DNA of 63,810 bases, the filler included, from Reticulomyxa filosa (taxonomy: Eukaryota > Protista > Foraminifera): the NCBI GenBank assembly GCA_000512085.1. It is 17 parts of 17 records of this genome, joined end to end, with 100 filler letters (N's around TTAATTAATTAA, not from the genome) between each part and the next. Parts side by side here need not be neighbours in the genome. Positions count along the whole stretch, not along the records: positions 50,434 to 52,535 come from ASPP01027305.1; positions 52,636 to 53,957 come from ASPP01017043.1; positions 54,058 to 63,810 come from ASPP01045889.1; 14 more parts are not named here. One strand, given 5' to 3'. Position numbers and translations under genes: made by a program. Shown here in pieces: positions 52,139 through 63,810 of this stretch. How positions within the stretch are numbered: position 1 is the stretch's first letter; each line of letters starts with the position of its first letter. The notes beneath the pieces were generated by a model that was given only the letters and a program-made list of their open reading frames with translations, was not told where the DNA came from and searched no databases.

Positions 52139-52635
52139 AGGAGTAGTTAGTTTGTCATCAAAGCAAATTTTAAAAATTTTGATTTCTTTGTTGAATTTTT
52201 TTCATTGCTTATATAAAGGAAACTTTTAAAGTAACAGTATTGTAAAAAATGTGCAATTTTTTTTTTTGTATTAGTATACATACTCACTCTTGAGGTATAC
52301 ATTTTGTCATTATGTGCTCTTGGCACTATTTCCTTTACATAATATTTACTTTGTTTGTTTTTCCTTTGGTTTGTTATTTGTTGAAGATTTATTATTATAT
52401 CACTATTTTCATAAATATCATTCATTATTTTTTTTTCTCTTGAAAGTTTCCATCATTAGAGACAATCAATATTCTAATGAAAAGTCAACATTTTTAAAAA
52501 AATATTTAGTTTCCAAATATGTCGATTTTCTTTTCNNNNNNNNNNNNNNNNNNNNNNNNNNNNNNNNNNNNNNNNNNNNTTAATTAATTAANNNNNNNNN
52601 NNNNNNNNNNNNNNNNNNNNNNNNNNNNNNNNNNN

Positions 52636-53957
52636 AAAAAAAAAAAAGGGTAAGTATGCGCGGGATCGGGAAAGCAAAAGAAGAAGAAAGAGAAGAGCAA
52701 AAGGATAGACCTCGTTTGAAGAGGGTTCCATCACAGCTTGGGGTAAAGGTGATTGAAGCACCTCCAACACTCCTTCCGGGGTCTGCACTTGTTGCTCAGT
52801 TCTTAAAGTACCATTGCCATTACCATTATCATTACCATTACCATTACCATTACCATCACCATTATTGCCGTTGATCCCATTGGATATGTCATTATTGATC
52901 TCAGTGGGATCGATCATAGACAGCGGCTGTTGAGCCACGTGATTTGGACTTTGACTGTCACTGCGGCTGTGGCGACGCGTTTGCAGATGAGTTTCGGACA
53001 GAATGCCACTACTTGTCGAGCGATCCTCTTCCACAAATGTGTCATCGGCAAACATTGAAAATAACCTTCATTTTATAAAAAAAGAAACACATATACACGA
53101 ACTTGCAAATCCATTTATTTATAATGCAATACAAATAGAAATCGAAACTTATGGAGCAGTCGATAGAGCGGCTCAGTCAACTCAAGTGTTTGATCTTTTT
53201 CCAAATGATTAGGTAAAAGCGGAAACACTCTCGGATGCAATGTTAAATCATTTTGATAGTGGAAATGTGCCAATATTTCCCAACATCTGTCCCATTCCTT
53301 ATTTTTGGCGAATTTCGACATCAAATGTCGAAACCCAGCAATTGTCACACCACCGACTTCAACATATTCCGTACTCTTCTCATCCAACCGCTGCAAAAAG
53401 TCGTTAAACTGTGGTCGAGTTAATCTCTCTTCCAACACATTGCGCTTTATTTATTTGTTATTTATTTTTACTCGTTGATATTTGTATATTGACATTTGCA
53501 TATTTTTCACCGGGCATATTCCACATAAATATAATATACATATACATATAAATATATGTATATGTATATGTATATGACATGCTATATAGTTTTCCTTTTT
53601 CTTAATGTCCGAAAACAGAAAAAATAAATAAATAAATAAACACAAACAAACAAACATTGAATTGTTCCAATTCATCGTAATTCAACACCATATCTCCATC
53701 TTCGTCTAACAGTCGAAAAATACGATTGATGGCCGCCTCAAATGACTGTTTCAACTCTCGGGTGTATGGATCAATTAACGTCCATCGTGGAGACTCTTTG
53801 CACTCGTGCAGCGTTTGTTGGATCATTTCTCGCATTACACCCAACCCTGTTTGTGCCACGGATGAAACATACCCCGCTTTTTCAATCTAAGTCATCCCAC
53901 AAATTACACATTTTCCTTCCATTACAACCAAACTAAATTTATTCTTTTTTTTTTTTT
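52636..53957 (-). CDS. Miro (mitochondrial Rho GTPase)-like protein, EF-hand region (partial at both ends)
   Basis: 'LIDPYTRELKQSFEAAINRIFRLLDEDGDMVLNYDELEQFN' (EF-hand 1) and 'GVTIAGFRHLMSKF...WEILAHFHYQNDLTL...LELT' (EF-associated segment). Confidence 0.85.
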
Positions 53958-54057
53958 NNNNNNNNNNNNNNNNNNNNNNNNNNNNNNNNNNNNNNNNNNN
54001 NTTAATTAATTAANNNNNNNNNNNNNNNNNNNNNNNNNNNNNNNNNNNNNNNNNNNN

Positions 54058-57000
54058 AATTTCAAAGATGAAAACAACAAACAAGCAAAACAAATAAATG
54101 AATTAAAGGAAGAAAATAAAAAACAGAAGGAACAAGTGGATTGTTTGAAAGAAGAGAATAATAAACAAATGGAACAAATCAAAAATTTGGAGAAAGAGAA
54201 CGAGGAACATATAAATGAAATGAATGTTTTAAGAGAAGAGATTAAACAACATCTGAATCAAATAGACGATTTCAAAGATGAAAACAAGAAACAAGCACAA
54301 GAAATAGATGATTTAAAGGAAGAAAATGAAAAACAAAAGAAGCGCCTGGACAGTTTGAATGAACAATTAGATCAAATCAAAGGCTTGGAGAAAGAGAACG
54401 AGAAACAAAAAAAGCAGATTAATGACTTGAACGCAGAAAATGGAAAACAGCTAAATCAAATTAACAGTTTGAAAGATGAAGACTATAAACAAATGGAACA
54501 AATCAAAAATTTGGAGAAAGAGAACGAGAAACATAAAAGTGAAATGAATGTTTTGAGAGAAGAGATTAAACAATATTTGAAACAAATTGACAATTTAAAA
54601 GATGAAAACAAGAAACAAGTAAAACAAATGGATGGAATGAAGGAAGAACATAAAATACAAAAGAAACAATTGGACCAAATCAAGTCAGAAGTTACAGCAC
54701 AAAATTTTTCAGTGAAAGAGCTGAACAAACTTTTATCAGATCCAAAAGTTGAGTACGATTACTTTTTACAAACAGAAACTTCCATTATTCAAATAATTAA
54801 CAAAAAATGAAATAGATTCGGTGGATGAAAAACGACAAATTGGGTATAATAGAACCGGCTCTTGTTATTGCAAATCTCAATGATGCACAAGCTTTCCAAA
54901 CACCCCAAAGATGTTTTCATGTTTTGAATTCTGATTTGTCTAAACAACTTGTAGATGTTGGGGTAATTTATCTTTTATATTTTTGTATCTTTTTGAAAAG
55001 CATCTACTCGCTCCATTTGCTATTCAAATATTTAGACAAATAACTCTCCCAAATTATTGAAAGAGATGATCCAATCTTTGATGTCGTATTGTGCCAAATC
55101 AATGTCCTCTCAAAGCGTTTAGCTTCATTTGTCCCTTTAAAAAAAAACTACTATTTTGTTAAAATTGATATCCAAAAAAAAAAGTTGTCAATTGGGGCTT
55201 TGGTGTCTTACGAAATTGAAAGTGGATGGCTTTCGGCATCAAAATGTACAAGATATGCCCATGTGGAGAAATTTTTCGTAAATGGAAAAGACCTTCTGCT
55301 AGAACTAAGCAACGGTTATAAGGATGTATGGACTGCTTTCAGAGTTTTGTTTGTACTTTTCGATTTTTGTTTTGATTTAAAATACAAGCAATAAACTTGA
55401 TAGGTAATTCCAGAACATTTGGTCACTCCAATTCCTCAAGTTATTCAACAATATTCTATTTCAGCTATAACGAATACAATAACAAAATAATATCGATAGT
55501 GTATATGTGTTTTTTGGCATAGATGAAATTGAAAGAAAACGAGTTAGCTATCTAATATTAAAAACTTTGAGTCAGAGTTTTCCATATGTATTCGTCATTT
55601 AAAACAATCACAAAAAACAGAGCCTCGAATACTTTAAGCGATACCATTCGAGAACGTGATGAAACCATTTCAAAGTTGAATACGCAAAGCAAAGAACTGA
55701 ACGAGGTCAGAGAGCTCTTAATTATGCGAAGCAAAGAACTGAACGAGGCCAGAGAGTTCTTAATTATGCTCCAACATAAAAAACAAAAAAAACACGTAAA
55801 CTAAAACATTATTTCGTTTGTATGTTTGTTTCAAAAGTAAATGTGAAAAATTATCCCAGCAACTCCAAAAATTTGCACAAGAAATTAAAGACCAAAAAGA
55901 CAAAATCGATTCATTAAATGTTGAAAAGTCAGCCATGTTTGAGAAAATTGAAGTCTGCGATTCACTTAAACAGTTTACCAGTTATAACACACCTCTCACT
56001 TTAACTTTGTTGGCATTAGCCAAATGTGCGAAAATTTTTTATACATTTACCACATAAATTATTGAAATTATATTGTTGTTTGGCACAAATAATGCAGAAC
56101 AAATGCACAATTGTCCAGTGAAGTGCGAGAGTTGGGGGAAAGAATTTGCAAACTAACAATTGGAGTAGGAATTGAAAGTGAATTTCCATCAGTGAATAAT
56201 ATTGCAACAACTTATAAAGGGATAAGTGATAATTATCGATTAAATTTGACAAGTGAAATCATAACACAATTAGAAGATAATGAAAAGATTAATGAAAAGA
56301 TTAAAGAAAAGTATGCAATATCATTCTTGGCAAGATTTTCGCATTGTGTATCATTCTCAGTATTGTTGTTATCTTATCAATTTGTAAATTCGTATTGGGA
56401 AGATCAATTACAATATTTGCAAACATTATTTGGAATAAATAAAGAAACTGCACAAAGATATTTTCAAACCACTTTTCAAGAACAATTCAATTCTTCATTC
56501 ACACAATTACATCAACAAGGAAAACAATTCATTAATTTGAATCTGAGAGAATTGCTTAGTAAAGAAAATCAACATTTTGGACATTTATTTGATTCAATTG
56601 ACAATAAAATAACAGAACAAGAAGAAAAAGAAGGAGGCAATAAAATGAACAGTCAAAAAAATAAATTGATTGAATCATGTTTACGAAGTATGTGGAGTTG
56701 TGTATTATCAAGACCTTCTTTAAAACCTTATCCTTTGGAATCTGCTTCAAATCCTCAATTAAATCATGAAATTCAATCTAAAAATATTAAAATTGTAAAG
56801 GAATTTTTAGGAAATGAAGATGATTGTAGTAATATTGGCTATTTTACTTGGCCATCTTTAATTCTGTGTGATACTAATGACTTGTTAAGTATCCCTATTA
56901 CTGCCTGTTACACTAGCTTCGATGTCACTGCATTCAATGGAAACAATGCTCCGCAAAGTAATACCCAATCTGATCGTCAAACCACTTTAAATGATCAAAG

Positions 57001-58011
57001 TACAAGTTGCCCAAATGTAGCTGATAATATTGAAAAGGTGTGCCTTTTTTTAATTAAGAAAACAAAGTGGAACAGACAAAATAAAAGTATAAACTTGCAA
57101 CAATACAAATGTACTCATAGGATGTTAATACTATCGAGAAATCAAAAATCGAATGTGATAGTAATAGAATTTCTGGGTCAGTCAAGGACACAGTTCGTAT
57201 ATGGGATCTAGAACCGCGCAAAAAACTTAATATTTTCAATCAATATACCAGCTATGTGGGCCGTGTAAACATTTTACCATATCGTTACTATAAGCGTCGT
57301 AGAGTTCCTTATTCAACACTAAACGATACACTCGATTTTTTTGGGGATATCGAAAACACTGAAAGGATGTGCAACAGATACATTGATGATATATATGCGT
57401 TTGAATTTTCACCAGTTAATGGTAATCAATATTTGTGCTCTGGTTCTCGTGACAATATCCTTGATCTATGGGATGTTGAAACATCCAAATTATATATTTT
57501 CAGTGAGCATAGAAATACTTTTAGATGTGTAGATTTTTCATTACAAGACAGTAATAGTAATGATAAAAGTGGCAAGATTGGTACGATTAGTGGTAATGAA
57601 TACACCATTTGCCCTGGATTATATGATAATATCATTCGTTTGTGGGACACTGAAATGTTGCAAAAATTTATTGTTTTCAAAGATGAAAATTCTGTGACAG
57701 GTACAAAATATGAATTACGTGGATTAGGAACTAGTGGTACAAATACAATGCCTGAATTAGACGATAACACTGTTCATTTATGGAATAGTCAATCTGACAA
57801 GCAAAGTCCAGTGTTTAATGGGCATAAACGTGAAGTATATGCTGTTGAATTTTTTCCATTTGCAGTAAATAATACTGAAGTTTATGGTAGTTCAAATGTG
57901 ATGTTTTCTGAACCATTTGTTTTGGATATTCAGCAAATAAGAAAGAATTGTGCACCATTAATGGAGATCAAAGATTACAGACCTTGTCTTAATTTTTCAT
58001 TAAAAGGGTAA
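54058..58011 (+). CDS. Coiled-coil repeat + MIEAP-C-like domain + degenerate WD40 protein (5' partial)
   Basis: 14-aa E/K/Q/N repeats (54058-54750). Exon 56111-57037 has 'LIESCLRSMWSCVLSRPSL...IGYFTWPSL'. A phase-0 intron (GAAAAG|GT ... CATAG|GAT) joins it to WD40 repeats 'EFSPVNGNQYLCSGSRDNILDLWD'. Confidence 0.65.
55687..55769 (+). repeat. 42-bp tandem duplication (2 copies) across an exon/intron boundary
   Basis: aagcaaagaactgaacgagg(t/c)cagagag(c/t)tcttaattatgc occurs twice. Confidence 0.9.
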
Positions 58012-58979
58012 AAGAAAAAGGAAGGCAAAGAACACAGGTTAGTTTCAACTTTTAGATATTTGTGGAGAAATTTTGTTTGAATTTTAAGATAATTTGTCGC
58101 CAGGAGAAAAGAAAGTATTTCTTAATACCTTACTGGCAATGAGAAAATTAATTCAAAAAGAAATATTGCATATTTTGAACACATAATTTGACGAAATAAT
58201 TAAATAAAACAACTAAAGATTTTTGATAATTCAACAATGTTTAACACTTTATTCCAGTACCCTGCATTTCAATTTTGTCTTGCAAGCCAAATTCTTACAA
58301 AATATTCATCTCAAGCGTTTCACGAGTTTGTAGGGCAGCGCACTACCAACTAAGAAGGGGCTTTGAACCTTTTTATATATGTTTAGATTTTCTAGACAGT
58401 GAAAACTTCATACCAAACACAGAAAAGTTTAAATTATGAAAGTCATCAACAAATTTGTTCATGCAGTTACCCCTTTAAGTAGGTTTTCTCTCACGAGGAG
58501 ACTCAACACAACCGTGTGTGCGTACAATAGGATAGGAATGTGCACAACAAGTAAACTAAAAGAACTCTTGGCTAATTGAAGAGACAAGAGCCATTTCGAA
58601 AATTACCTTTATCTGATTATGTAAGGATAACAAAATTGCGCTGTAGTAGGTTTGGTAAATAAAGCAATTGCATGGCTTTTGAAAGATTGTCATCATTGAT
58701 TGGTGTGATTACCTTGATCCGGTACTTAATTCATTGTAGTGACATTACTTACGTCACAATGGAGTCAGATTACTCCAAATACTTCACTTTGATTAAACGA
58801 TACATGGGAAAGTATCTATGCATATGTCAAACATTTCAAAAAATTGAGAAAATTTTCTAATTACAAGTGACAAAGGATTGCAATGCTAAAAATCTAATGA
58901 GTTGAGTTGCTATTTTTAACAATCTCTTGATTTTCAAGTTTTTGCAATAAACGTTATACTTTTTTCCTTAATAAAAAAC

Positions 58980-61267
58980 TTATGATTCTACTTTTAATTC
59001 TTCATTTTCAAACTCTTTACCAATTTTGACAACGTCCTCTACACATTCATCTTCAAATTTAACAATAGCAAAATCAAAATTTCCCGTTTCAGGATGCTTA
59101 TATAATAATCGAACTCGGTCATTTTTCAAAATGAATGTAATTTGGAAATCGACTTGTTCAGAAAAGGGTTTTTCAAAAAACATTATAAATTTTTTGAGCA
59201 GTTGGCACTTGCTTTTATCATCACAATATTGTATTCCATCTTTATGTTCAGATTTATATAATCCGAATTCTACAGACGTCTGTTGCCGTGGAAGAACGTA
59301 CACGTCGTTGTATTCCTATCCAAGTAAGTTTTTTTAAACTATGTATTTACATTTAAAACAAGAGGGTATTTGATAAACACGGCCTACGAAACTTTTCCAT
59401 CTTCATATTTGTCATCCCGTCGAATAATTGTATCAAAACATCTTTTGCGAAGAAATCCAGTTGACGACTCAAAAGAGCTAACTTTGTGATCATCATGAGG
59501 ATCCCAAGGGTTCCATGTCCAATCAACACTCAATCCTAATGTTGAAAATGCTCTGAGGAATGATAGCTTTTTTTGATTGATGGCCCAAAGGACAGAACCA
59601 CGCACGACACTTTCATGTGCATTGTGTGGTCGATAAACTTTCAGAGGATCTTTCCGTTCACTGAAAAGTTTTTCTAATCTTGGAACAATGTAAGGACAAT
59701 TGGAAAAGCCTCCGGTTACTATCAATACTTTTGGTTTCACTCGTTCATGATCCAAAAGTTTTGAAACCAAATCACAAATACTGCGCAATACTTGTTCATG
59801 CAGAAATAACCATGTTTCATAAGATAGCACCAAAAACGTTTCACCCAGCAATCCTAACTGACTGATAAATCACAAAACAAAACAAAAATAATTCGGATGC
59901 ACATAAAATTTTTTTTCCCTGACTTGGATTTTCCGTTAATCTTGTGTGCTTGCAATTTTTCTCTAACAGCAGTAAGACTCTTGCACTCTGTTTCCAAATG
60001 ATCTTTAAAGTGCATATCTAATCTCACATTCCATTGCTCATTCACAGGCAATGAATGCTTTGCACTCCAAAATGTATACTTTTGTTGGAGCCATGCTTGC
60101 GGATTGCTTTTTTTATTTGTTCGAGCGTCAAAAACCATAAAAATAGAAATTTGCACACTTTTTTTTTTAACTCTTTTTGAAATTTAGGAATGACGGTGTC
60201 TCCAAAAATATCCGAAAGCAAAGCCTCAAATGCTTGATCTACTGCCACACCTCCAATTTCCAATCCATCTCGATGGTGTGTTTCCTCCATCATCCCATCT
60301 TCCAAAAACTTTAAGCAAGCAGCATCAATTGTGCCGCCACCCATATCCAATAGCACTATTTGGTCACTGTTTTCATGTATTTCAATTTGTTATTATTATT
60401 TTTTTGGAGTCACAAAAAAAGTAACTCTTTCACAAATTTCAATCTTTTTGATTCGTTACTCTCGTCTTTTTGAGTGTTGATTACATCAAATGTTGCCGCG
60501 ATGGATTCAAAACATATTTCGACATGGTGCATTCCACACTTATAGCCACATTCTCTCATTGTCTCTGTATTCTAAATGTTAGATTTTTATTTGTTTTCTT
60601 GTTTTATTTTAAAAAACAGAAATACAAGTGATGTACTTCTTTTTTCTTTTTAAATTAACTTCGTCGTCCCAAAGCGCAGGGACAGTCAACACATACAATA
60701 CTTTCTTTGGGTCAAGGGGTCGATAGGCCTCTCCGAATGCATTTTTTCGAGTCACTTCCACTTGTGCTAATGCTGTCTCTTTGATGGAATTTAGCATCAA
60801 GGTAAATAATGACGTTACTGGCATTTCAAATGTATCACTGTTGTCTTTTATTTTCATTGACCGAAATTTAGTGCCTTTTAATGCATCTAGCTTAAAGTTT
60901 GCAAAATATGCAAACTTGCTCCGTTCTTCTGGCTATATTTGTAAATGTATTGATAAAAAACGGAGCCACTCTTTTCCTTTTTTTCTTTTGTGCTGTAGCA
61001 ACTCATTGAACACAAAACAGTTAGTTGAGAATATTTTTCCTCTGCCTTGAAACCCCAACAATCGACATCCTTTGTTTCGCGGTTCAAAAGCAGAGCTGAT
61101 AAATTTTTGCTTTTGGTATAATCGGTTGTTTGTGTACAACCGTCGCTGGGCTTAATTAAATCTATTCTAGGAATACTTCCAGGTTTTGCATGTTCACATG
61201 CTACCGCTGCAGAACCAAAAGAGCCCAAATCTATTCCAATCAGTTGGTCAAATATTTCACTGGACAT
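58980..61267 (-). CDS. Divergent HSPA12-like (atypical Hsp70) protein, multi-exon
   Basis: 'IGIDLGSFGS', 'YVLTVPALWDD', 'ICFESIAA', 'LLDMGGGTID', 'GGVAVDQAF', 'LIVTGGFSNCPY', 'SVVRGSV'. Confidence 0.88.
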
Positions 61268-61602
61268 GGTGTAGATAAAACTGGTCAAAGCAACAAAAAG
61301 GTTTTACGTTTGAAAAAGCAAATTAACTGGTTAGTCTTTAATTTCTTGGATAATTAAATGTATAATAAGTTTTTTGATAAATAAATTGCAACAAACTGTT
61401 GCGTTTATTTTAAAATAAACAAAAGATATTTTTGAATAGCCAAGCTCTATTTCTAAAGTATTATTTCTCTAAATCAAATAAAACATTGATAGAACACACA
61501 GCAGTCCAATTAATTTTTAGTATTATCAAGTGTTAAAACTTGGTTACTGTTTACTTTTTTTCCTTTCTGTTGTGGCTCGTTTGTCAAAGAGTGAAATTAA
61601 AA
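61268..61602. promoter_or_regulatory. Putative bidirectional promoter between the two Hsp70-12-like genes
   Basis: 335-bp AT-rich gap between divergent ATGs (61267 on -, 61603 on +). Confidence 0.5.
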
Positions 61603-63810
61603 ATGGACGTTGATTTGTGCTTTGTTATAGATTGCACAGGCAAGGAAAAGAAATGTGTAAAGATACTTATTGCAAGAAAATCTGTTTGCTTGCAACTGTG
61701 TAGGTTCAATGACCGGTTGGATAAACGGATGCAAGAGCGATATCCAAAATATTGTAACTCAAATATCAAATGAATATTCGTTTATCACAATGAAACTAGC
61801 ATGCGTGGGTTACAGGTATGCTTTTGCTTTTTTTGTTTTTTTTGAATAATAAAGCAAACAAATGTCACTTCAGAGATTATGATGACATTCCCCAATTTGA
61901 AGTCCTGGATTTTACAGAGAATATTGATGAATTTAAAGATTTTCTAGGGAAATTGAAAGCAACAGGAGGGGGAGACGACTGTGAAGATGTTATAGGTGGA
62001 TTGGAAAAATGTGTGGGACTTACATGGTCATCAAAAACCAAAGTGTTGTTTCATATTGTTAAGCCTTTTTGGATTGATTTATTTAAGAAGGACGAAAAAA
62101 AGTAACTCCAAAAAAAAAAACAACCAACGGAGGGGATGCAACTAATAGGCAGATGCTCCTCCACATAATCGCATGTATCATGACGGAGCCGGAGACAATC
62201 ACCCAGACGACACAAAACGAGATCATAACGTGGTCTTGAGAGCACTCCAAAAAAAGAGAAACCTGCGATATTACATTGGAAAATTAAATGATAGCTTGAA
62301 TAAAGTTTGGATTGAGTAGGGTGAACAGAAAAAAAAGATTATACAGGAAAAGGAATAACCTTACATTTGAATTTATGTTTTCTAAAAATAAAAACAGATG
62401 ATTCGAGTGTTTAAAAAAACTGGCTACGAAATGAATCTAATAGTAGAGGAGCATGAGATGCCCGATGTCAAGAATTTGTTTGAGAGTGTGGTACGATCTG
62501 TGACAGATGCGATTAACGCAATTCGCGTTTCCAAAAAAAGAGAGTTAATTTTTATGTTTTTCTTTTTGGGAGTAGCTTTTTACAACAACTTTGATAACAA
62601 AAAAAATGGCCAGGCGAAAGAAAACAGATGTTGGATTGCTTCGTGGCAAGCGCAAAAGACCGTCGTTTAAGGCATTTGTAGGTATTGACTTTGGAACTGA
62701 TGGCACTGGAGTTGCATACAGTTTTTCCGATGGAAAAGTATACACAAAAAAGTGGCCAGGGCGTATGCTAGCAGAGAAAAACAAAACCAACTTATTGCTT
62801 GATAAAGATGGCAACTTTGTAGCATTCGGACAAGAGGCAACTGATAGATATACTTCAAGTGTCGATAGTTCCTTAGAATTTTATGAAAGATTCAAAATGG
62901 CTCTATATAGTTAGGCTCTAAATTTTTTTAATTAACAGAGTGGGTAAAATGATATAACAATAACAATAGATAACATGCCAGATGAAATAGGTGATGGTAA
63001 ATACGACGACGATACAAAAGAGCAGGATTTGGAGCCTTATTTGATAGCTGCAAACGGAAAGAAGAGAAAGACTCTGGATGTGTTGAAGCAAGTATTTACA
63101 TTTTTGCGAGAAAGTATAATGAAGATTCTCAGAGACTCTACATTAGTAGAAAAGATTGAAGAGGTGCAATGGGTGGTCACTGTGCCTGCCATTTGGTCCA
63201 ACACTGCAAAGAACAGCATGAGAGAAGCTGCACTTCTTGCGGGATTAATAAGCGACTCAATTTCTGATCATTTACTGATTGCATTCGAACCAGGTGTGCT
63301 TCATTTTGTAATGTAGCTCGCCTATCCCTCCAAAAAAAATAAAAAATGTATTATGCCTAATGGCCATTAAAAATAGAGTGTGGGAGTGTCGTCGCGCGTA
63401 GATATTGCCATGGCCTTAAAAAAGGTGACAAGTACATTCTGTTGGATTTGGGTGGAGGCACTGCCGATATTGCTTGCCATCGTGTGTTGGATGAGAAAAG
63501 CGTTTCGCAAATCTATGCTCCAAGTGGTGGGCCATGGGGTAGCACGTACATTGACGATGCCTTTTGGGGACTGCTTTGTGAGATCTTTGGAAGAGAAATA
63601 ATGGAAGAGTTCAAAACCAAGTATTCAAACGAACATGTGCAATTGATAGAAAATTTCAGACTAGCCAAACATTCGTACAATCCAACCTCGCCTGATACGC
63701 CAAAGATAAAGGTAGGCAATATGATAAGCTTTATGAAGACGCATAAAGTGAGCTTGGAGGATATCGGCAAGAAAGTGAAAGAGCACAAATTGAAAGACAA
63801 AAGTGGTATC
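61603..63810 (+). CDS. vWA domain fused to an HSPA12-like Hsp70 domain (3' partial)
   Basis: 'MDVDLCFVIDCTG|SM', 'VGYR|DYDD', 'ATGGGDDCEDVIGGL', 'I|ADAPPH' (vWA), spliced in frame to 'VGIDFGTDGTG', 'FKMAL', 'WVVTVPAIWS', 'IAFEP|ECG', 'LLDLGGGTAD', 'GGPWGSTYIDDAF'. Confidence 0.92.

Overview
This is not contiguous DNA. It is 17 short contigs of an AT-rich, intron-rich eukaryotic genome joined by 16 identical artificial 100-bp linkers (N44-TTAATTAATTAA-N44). The gene families (TRAF-zinc-finger/WD40, Kelch, TPR and NACHT/HEAT expansions with many decayed copies, short A/T-rich introns) point to a rhizarian, most likely a foraminiferan such as Reticulomyxa filosa; this is an inference. Recognisable housekeeping genes are an FtsX-type permease, an ALDH3-type aldehyde dehydrogenase, Furry/TAO3, a CAX Ca2+/H+ exchanger, RhoBTB, Miro, a class I haem peroxidase and a UBC-like fragment. 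The most interesting items are: (1) an intronless gene ending in a Rickettsiales-style CE-clan (Ulp1-like) protease domain hidden by four single-base homopolymer frameshifts; (2) one contig carrying a head-to-head pair of HSPA12-like Hsp70 genes, one spliced in frame to a vWA domain, next to a coiled-coil/MIEAP-like/WD40 gene; (3) a PH + degenerate ADP-ribosyltransferase + Kelch + WD40 mosaic gene; (4) a catalytically dead alpha/beta-hydrolase fused to a C2-like domain. All family calls come from motif recognition by eye; no searches were run.
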